A stretch of DNA of 64,000 nucleotides. It comes from Parachlamydiales bacterium (lineage in GTDB: Bacteria; Chlamydiota; Chlamydiia; Chlamydiales; SM23-39). Positions within the stretch are counted from its first letter, which is position 1; every line of letters starts with the position of its first letter. The stretch lies in the NCBI GenBank assembly GCA_041661445.1, contig JBAZUK010000001.1:450027-514026 (forward strand), written 5' to 3'. This document shows positions 8,823 through 18,728 of this stretch, in pieces. The notes under the pieces were generated by a model. The model was not told the origin of the DNA. It searched no databases and worked only from the letters and a program-made list of their open reading frames with translations. The position numbers were made by a program, and so were the translations under genes.

Positions 8823-11800
8823 ATGTTTACAGAAGATTCAAAAGATAATATTGCCATAGTTGGTGTCGCTTGCAAGGTGCCTGGAGCTAAAAATGCAACG
8901 GAATTTTGGAATAATTTAAAAAATGGAGTAGAATCCATTCAATTTTTTTCAGATGATGAATTAATAATATCCGGGGTTGATAAGGATTTATATAATGATC
9001 CAAATTATATAAGAGCTAGAGGGATCCTAGGTGATGCAGAATATTTCGATTCATCTTTTTTTGGATTTTCTCCGAGAGAGGCTGAAATTACAGATCCTCA
9101 ACAAAGGATTTTTTTAGAGTGTGCTTGGGAAGCTTTGGAAGATTCGGGTTATGATTTTCAAAATAATGAAAATTTTAAAGTAGGGGTTTTTGGCGGAGCC
9201 GGAACTCCGTGGCATTTAATTAAAGTGGCAAATAATGAAAGGATATTTGAGAACTTTGATAGTGTTTCAATTTTTACTAGTAATGAAAATGATTATATAG
9301 CAACAAGAACTTCTTATAAATTAGGATTAAATGGACCGAGTATTAATTTACAGTCTGCATGCTCGACTTCATTAGCTGCCGTGGTTTTAGCAAGCAATAG
9401 TTTACTGACTAATCAATGTGATATTGCATTGGCAGGTGGAGTTTCTATTAGATGTCCTGAAAAAATCGGATATTTATATCAACCAGGAAGTTTAGATTCA
9501 GCAGATGGCCATTGCAGGACATTTAGTGCAGAAGCAAGTGGGACTGTTTTTAGTCATGGAGCTGGGATTGTTGTTTTGAAAAGATTATCGGAGGCTATAA
9601 AGGCCGGAGACAATATTTATGGAATTATAAAGGGTATGGCTATAAATAATGATGGAAATAGAAAGGTAGGTTTCTCTGCTCCTAGCATTAAAGGTCAAAA
9701 AGATGTAGAAATACAAGCTATAAAAAATGCTAATATTGATCCAGAAACAATAAGTTATGTTGAAGCTCATGGGACAGGAACGAAACTCGGAGATCCTATT
9801 GAATTTGATGCTTTGTCCAAAGCATTTAGGACTTTCACTGAAAAAAAACAATTCTGTGGTTTGGGTTCAGTAAAAACAAATATTGGTCATACTGATGCTG
9901 CTGCTGGAGTTATAAGTCTAATTAAGGTTTTACTTTGTATAAAACATAACTTTATTCCAAAAGCTTTGCATTTTACAAGTTCCAATCCTGAAATAGATTT
10001 TTATAATAGCCCTTTTTTTATACAGGAAAATTTAACTGAAATTCAAAGAAAAGAAGGTTTGCCATTTAGATCTATGATTAATTCTTTTGGTGTTGGTGGT
10101 ACAAATGTTAGCATGATTATTGAAGAACATAATAGTCCCGTTTCGCATTCCAGTAAAGAAATGGAAAGACTTTTTGTTATTTCTGCCAAAACTTCTTCAG
10201 CATTAGATAAGATGCAATCCAATCTTTTTGAATTTTTAAATAAGAATCAAACATATAATCTTGATTATCTATCTCATACCTTGCAATTTGGAAGAAAGTT
10301 ATTTAAACATAGAAAACTATTTGTTGCTAAAAACATGGATTCATTATTGAATTGCTTAAAAGATGGAAAAGAATATGTTTTTTCTTCAGAGAGTGATCAA
10401 ACAAAAGAATCAATTGTGTTTTTATTTCCCGGACAAGGAACCCAATATGTTAACATGGCATTTAAACTTTATAATGAAAATGACTTTTTTAAAAAAAATG
10501 TAGACGATTGTTTCTTTTTTTTAAAAAAAGAATATTCTCTTGATATAAAAGCCAAATTATTTTGCGAAGATCTTCTATCAAATGAACATAAGGGTGATAT
10601 CCAAGATATCTTATTGTCTCAAACATCTCTATTTATAGTCGAATATTCTCTTGCCAAATTGTTAAATTCCCTTAGTGTATTTGCAGATTTTATGATTGGT
10701 CACAGTCTTGGCGAATATACTGCAGCTTGCTTAGCTGGGGTCTTTTCCAAAGAAGAGGCTCTATCAATGCTAATAAAAAGATCCGAGTTACTGATCGAAT
10801 TTTCTCAAGAAGGAGCGATGCTTGCAGTATTATTACCAGAAAGTAATTTACTTCCGTTACTCGATGAAGATATCGAAATAGCAGTTGTTAGTGATAATGC
10901 TTCAACAGTAGTTTCAGGTCCACGAGAAAAAATCTTGAATTTTCATAAAAAATTGAAAAAAATGTCTATTGCATCCAAACTGTTATCTACAAAATATGCT
11001 TTTCATTCTTCTATGATGGATAAGGTTATTAATCCATTACGGGAATTTTATTCTAAAATATCATTTTCGAAACCCAACATTCCAATACTATCAGCAATAA
11101 CAGGTAATTGGTTAAGCGATGAAGAAGTAATGGATCCTAATTATTGGGCAATGCATTTACGTGAAAAAGTAAATTTTTCTAAAGCATTAGAAGAAATGAT
11201 TTCAAATCAAAAAAGTTCGGTTTTTGTTGAAATTGGTCCAGGTAATTCATTGAAATCATCAATAAAAAAAGGCTTTAATAATTGCGTAGTTTCTACATTA
11301 GGGGATTCTGTTAACACAAATTATAAAGATATAATTTACTCGATTGGAAAATTATGGGCTGCCGGGGCTTCTTTATTGTGTAAAGATAATATGAGAAAAG
11401 TTTCTTTGCCTACTTATCCATTTGAAAAAGAAAAATTTCTGTTAAAGATACCTAAAAAAGTTGATTTATCTACAAAAAAAAATAGTTCAAATTTATTTCA
11501 TACTACATCTTGGAAAAGATTACCTTCTCTTGCTTTATTCGAAAATAAAAATGAATATACGTGGATTGTTTTTGTAGATAAAAATCTATTGAGCAGATTT
11601 ATAATTGAAGAATTGTCAAAACATAATATTAAGCCATTAGTTGTTAACAAAGGTATTAAATTTTCTAATATTGACGAAAATAATTTTACAATTAACTCAC
11701 AGAATGGTTCTGATTATCAACAACTATTTGAAAGTCTGGGAAGCCGCATTAATAATGGAATTAGAATAATATATTTGTGGAATTCTTCAGCTATTGAAAA

Positions 11801-14162
11801 AATTGATTCTTCTAATATTCATGAAATCTCAACAGGTATATTTGATGAATTGTTATTATTAGAGCAAGCAATGATTCAAAAAAATTTATTAAATAATTTA
11901 AAAATATCAGTTATTACTAGTGGTTTATTTGATGTGGCAGGCGAGGGAGTTCATTCTCCTGTAAGTGCACTTGCATTGGGGCCTTGTAAAGTGTTTATGA
12001 GAGAACACAAACAAGCAAAGTGCCAAATTTTAGATTTGCCGATAAATTTTGACTTTTCTTCGGCATTAATAAATTCAATACTGTCAGATTGTTCGACATA
12101 TTCAGATGATGAAGTTCTTGCATATAGAGGCGAATATAAATGGGGAATGTTTTTTGCACCCTTAGATAAAAAGCCTTCTCAAAAAATTTTGAAGGAGAAG
12201 GGCGTTTATATAATTACCGGAGGATTAGGGGGCATTGGTTTAACTATAGCAGAACATTTATATAATTCAGTAAGAGCAAAATTGGTTTTGATTTATAGTT
12301 CGCCCTTACCTGATAGGAGTGATTGGATAAAACTGATAAATACAGATAATTTTGATAATAGATTAAAGGAAAAAATTAGATGGATTATGAAGTTAGAGAA
12401 CATGGGGGCAGATATTTTACTTTTTGAGGGTAATGTTTGTGATATTCAATCAATGAATAACATGATAGAACTTGCTTTAAATAAATTTGGTGAGGTAAAC
12501 GGTCTTTTCCACTCAGCGGGAATAGCTGGTGATGGAGTGATTTCTCTAAAAAATATTGAAAAAAGTCATAAAGTTATTTCTCCAAAAGTTCAAGGTACAG
12601 TTATCCTTGATGAAGTAACAAGCAAAATACCTTTAGATTTTTTTGTTTTATTTTCCTCTATCACTTCATACGTTGGCGAAGCAGGTCAAGTAGACTATTG
12701 TTCAGCGAATGCTTTTTTGAATGCTTTTGCAGGATATAGAAAATTCAAAAAAAGAATGGGAAAAACTCTATCTATTAATTGGGGAAAATGGACTGGAATA
12801 GGAATGGCTGTAAAGCATACGGGTGAGACATATAACTCGACTGAAATTTTAAATGATAACGTAGAATATGAAATAATAGAAGAAAAAATGCTAGATGCTG
12901 AAGAGGATTGGATTGTCGCTGAACATAAACTTTTAGGATCGCCTACATTAGTTGGAACTGCTTATATAAACATATTAAACAATGTTTTTCGAAAAAAATG
13001 TAATGAACACCAAAATCTCGTTATAACAGATATGATTTTTTTATCTCCTCTTATTTTTAATTCTTCAAAAAAGATATCATTGAACCTAATACTAAACAAA
13101 GCAATGAATTTTAAATTTATTTCTCAACAATTGAACCAACCGAACAAGGAAACGATTCGAGGAAATATAGGTTTTTCTCAAAAAAAAGAACAATTAACTG
13201 ATTTAAATCTTGAGGAAATAAAAAATAAGCTTGTTAGAATAAATTTAGATGAAAAAGAATGGTCTAACGTTAAATTATCAGGAGAGTCATTTTTAGACTT
13301 TGGATCAAGATGGCAATTGATAAAAGAAATTTTTGCTGGCAATAATGAATGGTTGGCATTACTTAAGCTATCCCAGACTGATGATCTTAATAATTTTCCT
13401 CTTCATCCAGCTATGCTTGATGTTGCAACAGCTTTTTGCATTAAATATGTATCTTCCTTTAATTATCTTCCAATTTCTTATGGCAAAATTCAAATTCAAG
13501 AAGCATGTCTTTCTTCGAGTGTTTTTAGTTATGTGAAACTGAAGCAAAATTCAGATCTTGAATTTGTAATTTTCGATGTGGTGATAATGGATGAAACAGG
13601 ACACATATTACTCATAATTGAAGATTATATGCTTAAACGTGTTACTGAAAAATCAATTAATTTCATTCCAAAAGCTAATAAGCCAATTCAAATTAATGAT
13701 TTATATGATATATCTCCTCAGGAAGGTGCTAGAGCATTAATAGAAGCTCTTGAGTTTTCTGTTGCTGATCTCGTTGTATATCATGGTGATATAGATTCAC
13801 TTATTGCCGAATCCTTTAATGAGACCATAACAGAAGAAAAACCATTATTATATACCAGAAAAAATGTGGAAATCGAATATGTTGAACCTAACAACGAAAT
13901 TGAAGAAACTATAAAGGACATTTGGCAGCTAATATTAGGAATTGATAAAATTGGCATAAAAGATAATTTCATTGATCTTGGTGGAAATTCGTTAATAGCA
14001 ATACAAATAGTATCTAAAATTAACAAAGCTTTTAATTGGGACTATACAATTAATAAATTTTACAATGATTTAACTATTTTTAATATAGCTGAAAGGATTG
14101 TTAAAGATTTATATGCAGCAGCAGAAGAATTTGGAATAGAAAGTGGAGTGAAAAATTTATGA
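8823..14162 (+). CDS. Type I polyketide synthase module, KS-AT-KR-DH-carrier
   Basis: KS: DPQQRIFLE, SACSTSL (active Cys), EAHGTGTKLGDPIE, NIGHTDAAAG. AT: GQGTQY, GHSLGEYTAACLAG, YAFHS. KR: YIITGGLGGIG, HSAGIAGDG, YCSANAF. DH-like: AEHKLLGSPTLVGTAY, LHPAMLDVA. Carrier: FIDLGGNSLIAIQ. Confidence 0.95.
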   Translation: MFTEDSKDNIAIVGVACKVPGAKNATEFWNNLKNGVESIQFFSDDELIISGVDKDLYNDPNYIRARGILGDAEYFDSSFFGFSPREAEITDPQQRIFLECAWEALEDSGYDFQNNENFKVGVFGGAGTPWHLIKVANNERIFENFDSVSIFTSNENDYIATRTSYKLGLNGPSINLQSACSTSLAAVVLASNSLLTNQCDIALAGGVSIRCPEKIGYLYQPGSLDSADGHCRTFSAEASGTVFSHGAGIVVLKRLSEAIKAGDNIYGIIKGMAINNDGNRKVGFSAPSIKGQKDVEIQAIKNANIDPETISYVEAHGTGTKLGDPIEFDALSKAFRTFTEKKQFCGLGSVKTNIGHTDAAAGVISLIKVLLCIKHNFIPKALHFTSSNPEIDFYNSPFFIQENLTEIQRKEGLPFRSMINSFGVGGTNVSMIIEEHNSPVSHSSKEMERLFVISAKTSSALDKMQSNLFEFLNKNQTYNLDYLSHTLQFGRKLFKHRKLFVAKNMDSLLNCLKDGKEYVFSSESDQTKESIVFLFPGQGTQYVNMAFKLYNENDFFKKNVDDCFFFLKKEYSLDIKAKLFCEDLLSNEHKGDIQDILLSQTSLFIVEYSLAKLLNSLSVFADFMIGHSLGEYTAACLAGVFSKEEALSMLIKRSELLIEFSQEGAMLAVLLPESNLLPLLDEDIEIAVVSDNASTVVSGPREKILNFHKKLKKMSIASKLLSTKYAFHSSMMDKVINPLREFYSKISFSKPNIPILSAITGNWLSDEEVMDPNYWAMHLREKVNFSKALEEMISNQKSSVFVEIGPGNSLKSSIKKGFNNCVVSTLGDSVNTNYKDIIYSIGKLWAAGASLLCKDNMRKVSLPTYPFEKEKFLLKIPKKVDLSTKKNSSNLFHTTSWKRLPSLALFENKNEYTWIVFVDKNLLSRFIIEELSKHNIKPLVVNKGIKFSNIDENNFTINSQNGSDYQQLFESLGSRINNGIRIIYLWNSSAIEKIDSSNIHEISTGIFDELLLLEQAMIQKNLLNNLKISVITSGLFDVAGEGVHSPVSALALGPCKVFMREHKQAKCQILDLPINFDFSSALINSILSDCSTYSDDEVLAYRGEYKWGMFFAPLDKKPSQKILKEKGVYIITGGLGGIGLTIAEHLYNSVRAKLVLIYSSPLPDRSDWIKLINTDNFDNRLKEKIRWIMKLENMGADILLFEGNVCDIQSMNNMIELALNKFGEVNGLFHSAGIAGDGVISLKNIEKSHKVISPKVQGTVILDEVTSKIPLDFFVLFSSITSYVGEAGQVDYCSANAFLNAFAGYRKFKKRMGKTLSINWGKWTGIGMAVKHTGETYNSTEILNDNVEYEIIEEKMLDAEEDWIVAEHKLLGSPTLVGTAYINILNNVFRKKCNEHQNLVITDMIFLSPLIFNSSKKISLNLILNKAMNFKFISQQLNQPNKETIRGNIGFSQKKEQLTDLNLEEIKNKLVRINLDEKEWSNVKLSGESFLDFGSRWQLIKEIFAGNNEWLALLKLSQTDDLNNFPLHPAMLDVATAFCIKYVSSFNYLPISYGKIQIQEACLSSSVFSYVKLKQNSDLEFVIFDVVIMDETGHILLIIEDYMLKRVTEKSINFIPKANKPIQINDLYDISPQEGARALIEALEFSVADLVVYHGDIDSLIAESFNETITEEKPLLYTRKNVEIEYVEPNNEIEETIKDIWQLILGIDKIGIKDNFIDLGGNSLIAIQIVSKINKAFNWDYTINKFYNDLTIFNIAERIVKDLYAAAEEFGIESGVKNL

Positions 14163-17100
14163 ATATAAATATAGAACAATTCAGGAAATTGGCTTTAGAG
14201 ATAGAAAAAAGAAAAAAACAAAAACAAATTTATCTTAAGAAGAACGGATTTTCATCAGGAGATCTTTCTTCTGCTCAAAAAAGAATGTTTTTTCTTACAA
14301 AGTTATTACCAGACAACTCATTGTATAATGTACCACTTGCTATTCATATTGAATCTGATTTTGTTTTTGATGTTAGTTTATTGGAATCAAGTTTAAACCA
14401 CATTATAAATCAGCATGAAATTTTAAGAACAGTTTTTGATAGTAAAAATTTAAAACAAATAATTTTAGATGAACAATTTGTGAAAGTACAATATATAGAT
14501 TTAATAAATGAAAAAGACAATTATGAGATAGCAAGAAAATTTATTGTTTCTGAAAACAAAAAAGAATTTGATTTAGAAATGGGACCTTTGCTTAGATTTT
14601 CAGTACTACATCTATCGGAAAAGAAATATATTTTTGTGATAATAATTCATCATTTGATATCAGATGGATGGTCTAATAATTTAATTTTTAAAGAAATTGC
14701 TCAGGTTTATGCAAGTTTAGTTCAAAATTCCAAAATAGTTTTTAAAGAACATCTTTTTCAATACTTAGATTATGTGGAGTGGGAAAAAGAAAACTTAAAA
14801 AATGAAAACATTACCAAACAAATGGATTACTGGAAAAACAAATTGAAAGGAGATTTACATTCTCCTGACATTATACCAGATTTTACTAGCAATAATAAAA
14901 TTTCCTATTCCGGAAAGATCGAAACTATGATACTGGACTGTCAATTTGTCAATATGTTAAAAGAAATTAGTCAAGAGCAGAAAATTACTCTCTTTGAATT
15001 GCTGTTGTCAACATTTTTTTTCCTTATTCATATTTATACAAATCAAAACGATATAATTATTGGAACTACAACTGTTAATCGTAAGCTAGAACAATTTCAG
15101 GAAATGTTTGGTTTATTTACTAATACTGCATTATATAGAGGGGAGTTTGATGGTAATGATTTAATCGAAAAAATTATAAAAAAAATAGCTCAAATAAATA
15201 GAGAAGCATTAAATCATCAAGATCTTCCTTTTGATTTATTGATAAAAGAATTAAATCCTATAAGATTAGTTGATGAAACTCCTTTAATATCTGTTTTTTT
15301 TGCTTATCAGAATTTTCCAAAAATGTTTGATTATGAAGGGATAAAAGCCTCTCCTTTTAAAGTAGATTATGGAACATCTCGATTTGATATTGATATGACC
15401 ATTGAAGAAGTAAAAGACGAACTTTTTGTTACAATAAATTATAGATCTGATTTGTTTCATGAAAATACAATAAAATCGATGTTATCTTATTATAAAAAAA
15501 TATTACATCAGTTGAAAAATTCAATATACATCCCTTTAAAAAATCTGACTATTGATCATCATATAGATGATAAATCTATAAAAAAAGAGGTTTTTATAGA
15601 TTTTGTTTCAAGATTTGAAAAACAGGCTCGAGAAATTCCCGATGAGATCGCTGTTGAATTTGAAAATAATTTTTTAACTTACAGAGATCTTAATTCAAAA
15701 GCCAATCAGTTTGCGAGATATTTGCAGAAATATATTACAAATAAATCTGAACCTATAGCTTTATTAATGGATCATGATGTTTGGGCAATTATCGCGATTC
15801 TAAGTATTATGAAATGTAGAGCATGTTATACACCAATTGATAAAACTACGCCAGAGAAAAGGATTTACGATATTTTAGATAATGCTCAAATTAAAATAGT
15901 TATTACAGATCATTTAAATATTAACGGGATGATAAATATTAATCCAAAAAATTGTGTAGATAACTTTATTGAGAATGAAAAGGTAAATTTAAATGAAAAA
16001 AATAGCCAAGATGATTTAGCTTACATCATTTATACTTCTGGTTCAACAGGGACTCCAAAAGGTGTATGCGTTGAGCATGCTCAATTATCTTCCTATATAG
16101 ACTCGATTTGGGATTGTTCCGATCTTTCTAATAATGAGAGTTTCGCTGTTTTTACATCTTTTTCAACTGATATGGGGCATACAATGATTTTCCCTCCTCT
16201 CGCTTATGGAAAAAAAGTCGTTATAATTCCTAGTAATGTTATGTCCGATTTAGATAAATTATTTTCTATTTTCCAAAATAATTCTATCGATTGTTTAAAA
16301 TTGACTCCATCGCATATGTCTATTCTTTTGAGTTATAAAAATATTGAGAGTATTTTACCCAAAAAAAAATTAATTTTTGCTGGAGAGCCGCTTAAATGGG
16401 AGCTGATAAAAAAAGTTCGAAAGTTTTTTAAAGGAGAAATTTTTAATTATTATGGACCTACAGAAACTACTGTAACAGCTTTGATTTATAAAGTACCCGA
16501 ATATAAAAATAATGAAATTTATGTTCCGATAGGCTATCCCCTATCAAACACAAAAATTTATATAACAAAAGATTTAATTCCAGTCCCAAAAGGAATTGTT
16601 GGCGAATTATTTATTTCAGGTAATGGTGTCTCAAGAGGATATCTAGATAATAAAAATTTAAATAATGAACGTTTTATCTTTTTGAATATGCAAAAAACGT
16701 ATAGAACAGGAGACCTCGTTAGATATAGATATGATAATTCCATTGAATTTATCGGAAGAAATGATAGACAAATCAAATCTTTTGGTCATAGGATCGAACT
16801 AGGCGATATAGAAGCAAATTTATTGTCTATAGCAGGAATACAAAATGCCATTGCAATAAATAGTGCTAATGGAATAATAGCTTATATTGTCCAGAATAAT
16901 AATCTGACCTCTTCAGAAATAATGAATTTATTATCTAAAAAATTACCTCATCACATGCTTCCTCAAAAAACAGTATTATTAGATAAAATTCCACAAACTA
17001 TTGGAGGGAAAATTGATTATAAATCATTGCCGATGATAGAAATAAAAGATAGAGAGGATATTTCACCTAGATATCAAACTGAACTATTAGTAATGCAGAT

Positions 17101-18124
17101 TTGGGAAGAAATTTTAGATTGTTCCAGGATTAGCATTAAGGATAATTTTTTTGACTTGGGAGGACACTCGATACATGCTTTAAAACTTATAAAAAAATTA
17201 GAAGAAACCTTTAATAATAAATTTCATTTATCGATTGTTTTTGAAAATAATACCATCGAAAAGCTTGCTGCTTTTATAAGCAACACCACTCAAACACCAA
17301 ATGAGACTTCAATAATTGAAATAAAACATAGTAAAGAACCGACTGTCCAGTTTTTCTTTGTCCATCCTGCAGGGGGAAGCGCTTTTTGTTATTATGAATT
17401 AGCTCGTGAGCTTCCTGAGAATTATCAATTTTTCGCTATACAATCAAATTATATATATAATGATGATGTTTCCTATGAGAGTATAGAAAGCATGGCAACC
17501 TTGTATTTTGATCAGATTATCGAAGAAATTAATGAAAATTGTTTAATAGTTTTCGGTGGTTGGTCTATGGGGGGATTGATTGCTTTTGAAATGAACGAGT
17601 TATTTATCAAGAAACACCCAAATATTAATAGTTCTTTGATTATTATTGATAATATTATATCTGATAAAAAAGAAAATAAAGCTAAAAATAAAAATTTTAT
17701 TTTAGGATTTATTAGAAAAATAGAAACTATTTCTGGAATAAAATTTTGTGAAGATGATTGGAATAAGAAAACACACTTGGAACAAATAAAAATAGCTTTA
17801 GAGTTTTTTAAGACAGCTCATATTATTCCAGATAATTTGAGTGAAGTTGATTTTGAAAAATTCTTAAATATATATGAAAAACATGTTATTGCATCAGAAA
17901 AATATCAACTCCGAGAAAGTAAGTTAGAAAATGTTTTTATAATTAAGGCAAAAGAACAATTTCAAGAAATTACAGATGAATATTTAGGTTGGGGAAACTT
18001 TTTTAGAAATAAACCTTTAACAACTATTGTTCCAGGTAATCATTTAACAATGATGACGAAAAATAATATAAAGAATATTTCAAATGAAGTAGAGATCTGG
18101 ATCAAACAAATTAGTAAAATTTAA
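14159..18124 (+). CDS. Non-ribosomal peptide synthetase termination module, C-A-T-TE
   Basis: The ATGA start overlaps the PKS stop. C domain HHLISDGWS. A cores LAYIIYTSGSTGTPKGV, NYYGPTE, YRTGDLVRY and GRNDRQIKSFGHRIELGDIE. Carrier FFDLGGHSIHALK. Thioesterase GGWSMGG (GxSxG). Confidence 0.95.
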   Translation: MNINIEQFRKLALEIEKRKKQKQIYLKKNGFSSGDLSSAQKRMFFLTKLLPDNSLYNVPLAIHIESDFVFDVSLLESSLNHIINQHEILRTVFDSKNLKQIILDEQFVKVQYIDLINEKDNYEIARKFIVSENKKEFDLEMGPLLRFSVLHLSEKKYIFVIIIHHLISDGWSNNLIFKEIAQVYASLVQNSKIVFKEHLFQYLDYVEWEKENLKNENITKQMDYWKNKLKGDLHSPDIIPDFTSNNKISYSGKIETMILDCQFVNMLKEISQEQKITLFELLLSTFFFLIHIYTNQNDIIIGTTTVNRKLEQFQEMFGLFTNTALYRGEFDGNDLIEKIIKKIAQINREALNHQDLPFDLLIKELNPIRLVDETPLISVFFAYQNFPKMFDYEGIKASPFKVDYGTSRFDIDMTIEEVKDELFVTINYRSDLFHENTIKSMLSYYKKILHQLKNSIYIPLKNLTIDHHIDDKSIKKEVFIDFVSRFEKQAREIPDEIAVEFENNFLTYRDLNSKANQFARYLQKYITNKSEPIALLMDHDVWAIIAILSIMKCRACYTPIDKTTPEKRIYDILDNAQIKIVITDHLNINGMININPKNCVDNFIENEKVNLNEKNSQDDLAYIIYTSGSTGTPKGVCVEHAQLSSYIDSIWDCSDLSNNESFAVFTSFSTDMGHTMIFPPLAYGKKVVIIPSNVMSDLDKLFSIFQNNSIDCLKLTPSHMSILLSYKNIESILPKKKLIFAGEPLKWELIKKVRKFFKGEIFNYYGPTETTVTALIYKVPEYKNNEIYVPIGYPLSNTKIYITKDLIPVPKGIVGELFISGNGVSRGYLDNKNLNNERFIFLNMQKTYRTGDLVRYRYDNSIEFIGRNDRQIKSFGHRIELGDIEANLLSIAGIQNAIAINSANGIIAYIVQNNNLTSSEIMNLLSKKLPHHMLPQKTVLLDKIPQTIGGKIDYKSLPMIEIKDREDISPRYQTELLVMQIWEEILDCSRISIKDNFFDLGGHSIHALKLIKKLEETFNNKFHLSIVFENNTIEKLAAFISNTTQTPNETSIIEIKHSKEPTVQFFFVHPAGGSAFCYYELARELPENYQFFAIQSNYIYNDDVSYESIESMATLYFDQIIEEINENCLIVFGGWSMGGLIAFEMNELFIKKHPNINSSLIIIDNIISDKKENKAKNKNFILGFIRKIETISGIKFCEDDWNKKTHLEQIKIALEFFKTAHIIPDNLSEVDFEKFLNIYEKHVIASEKYQLRESKLENVFIIKAKEQFQEITDEYLGWGNFFRNKPLTTIVPGNHLTMMTKNNIKNISNEVEIWIKQISKI

Positions 18125-18242
18125 AAATGGTTATAATATAGAGAATAAAATTATTTCATAATTTTTTTAAACATTGAATAAAATCGATTTGCATGTTTAG
18201 AATCTAACTCTTAAATTTAAAAACAACAAAATAGGATGAGTT

Positions 18243-18728
18243 ATGAGCGTTAACATAAGTTCCAAATATGGCACAAAAAGTTTTTCGGAAGTACAAATAG
18301 GTTCTTTTAATTTTTCAGGCTGTCTCGATATAAAAAAATGTACTACAGCAACCTTAAAGGTAAATGGGTTACTTAAAATGAGTGATTCTCAATCTCGTAA
18401 AGTAACAGTTTTTGGAATGTTACAAATGGAGCAATCGACTGTTGAAGAAGATTTAAGTGTAACAGGCGCTATTCAGGCAACAGACAGTGTTGTTAACGGT
18501 TTGCTAAGTATTATTACTTCCTCAAATCAAATTAGTCTGAAGAATTTAAAAACTAAAAACATTATTATAAAAAAAACAAATATCAATAAACCTCTAACTG
18601 TTTTTTTAAAAGGGTCGACTATTGTAGATGGAAGTATAACACTTGAAGCATCAAGTGACAAGGTAGTCGTCTCTACTGAATCGTTGCTTACAGGAAATGT
18701 TTTTGGGGGATCATTACAACATGAATAA
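18243..18728 (+). CDS. Hypothetical protein with a repetitive beta-helix-like pattern (possibly bactofilin-like)
   Basis: 161 aa with a periodic hydrophobic-x-hydrophobic-x-G pattern (LKVNGLL, VTVFGML, LSVTGAI, VVNGLL, IVDGSI). It lies directly downstream of the NRPS on the same strand. Confidence 0.4.
   Translation: MSVNISSKYGTKSFSEVQIGSFNFSGCLDIKKCTTATLKVNGLLKMSDSQSRKVTVFGMLQMEQSTVEEDLSVTGAIQATDSVVNGLLSIITSSNQISLKNLKTKNIIIKKTNINKPLTVFLKGSTIVDGSITLEASSDKVVVSTESLLTGNVFGGSLQHE

Noticed and set aside
18697-18720. The upstream ATG at 18697, given by the ORF track as the start of the methyltransferase.
   Set aside because: It would add MFLGDHYN, fully overlapping the upstream gene. The ATG at 18721 gives the classic ATGAATAA stop/start coupling and a sensible signal-anchor N-terminus. 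The alternative cannot be excluded.
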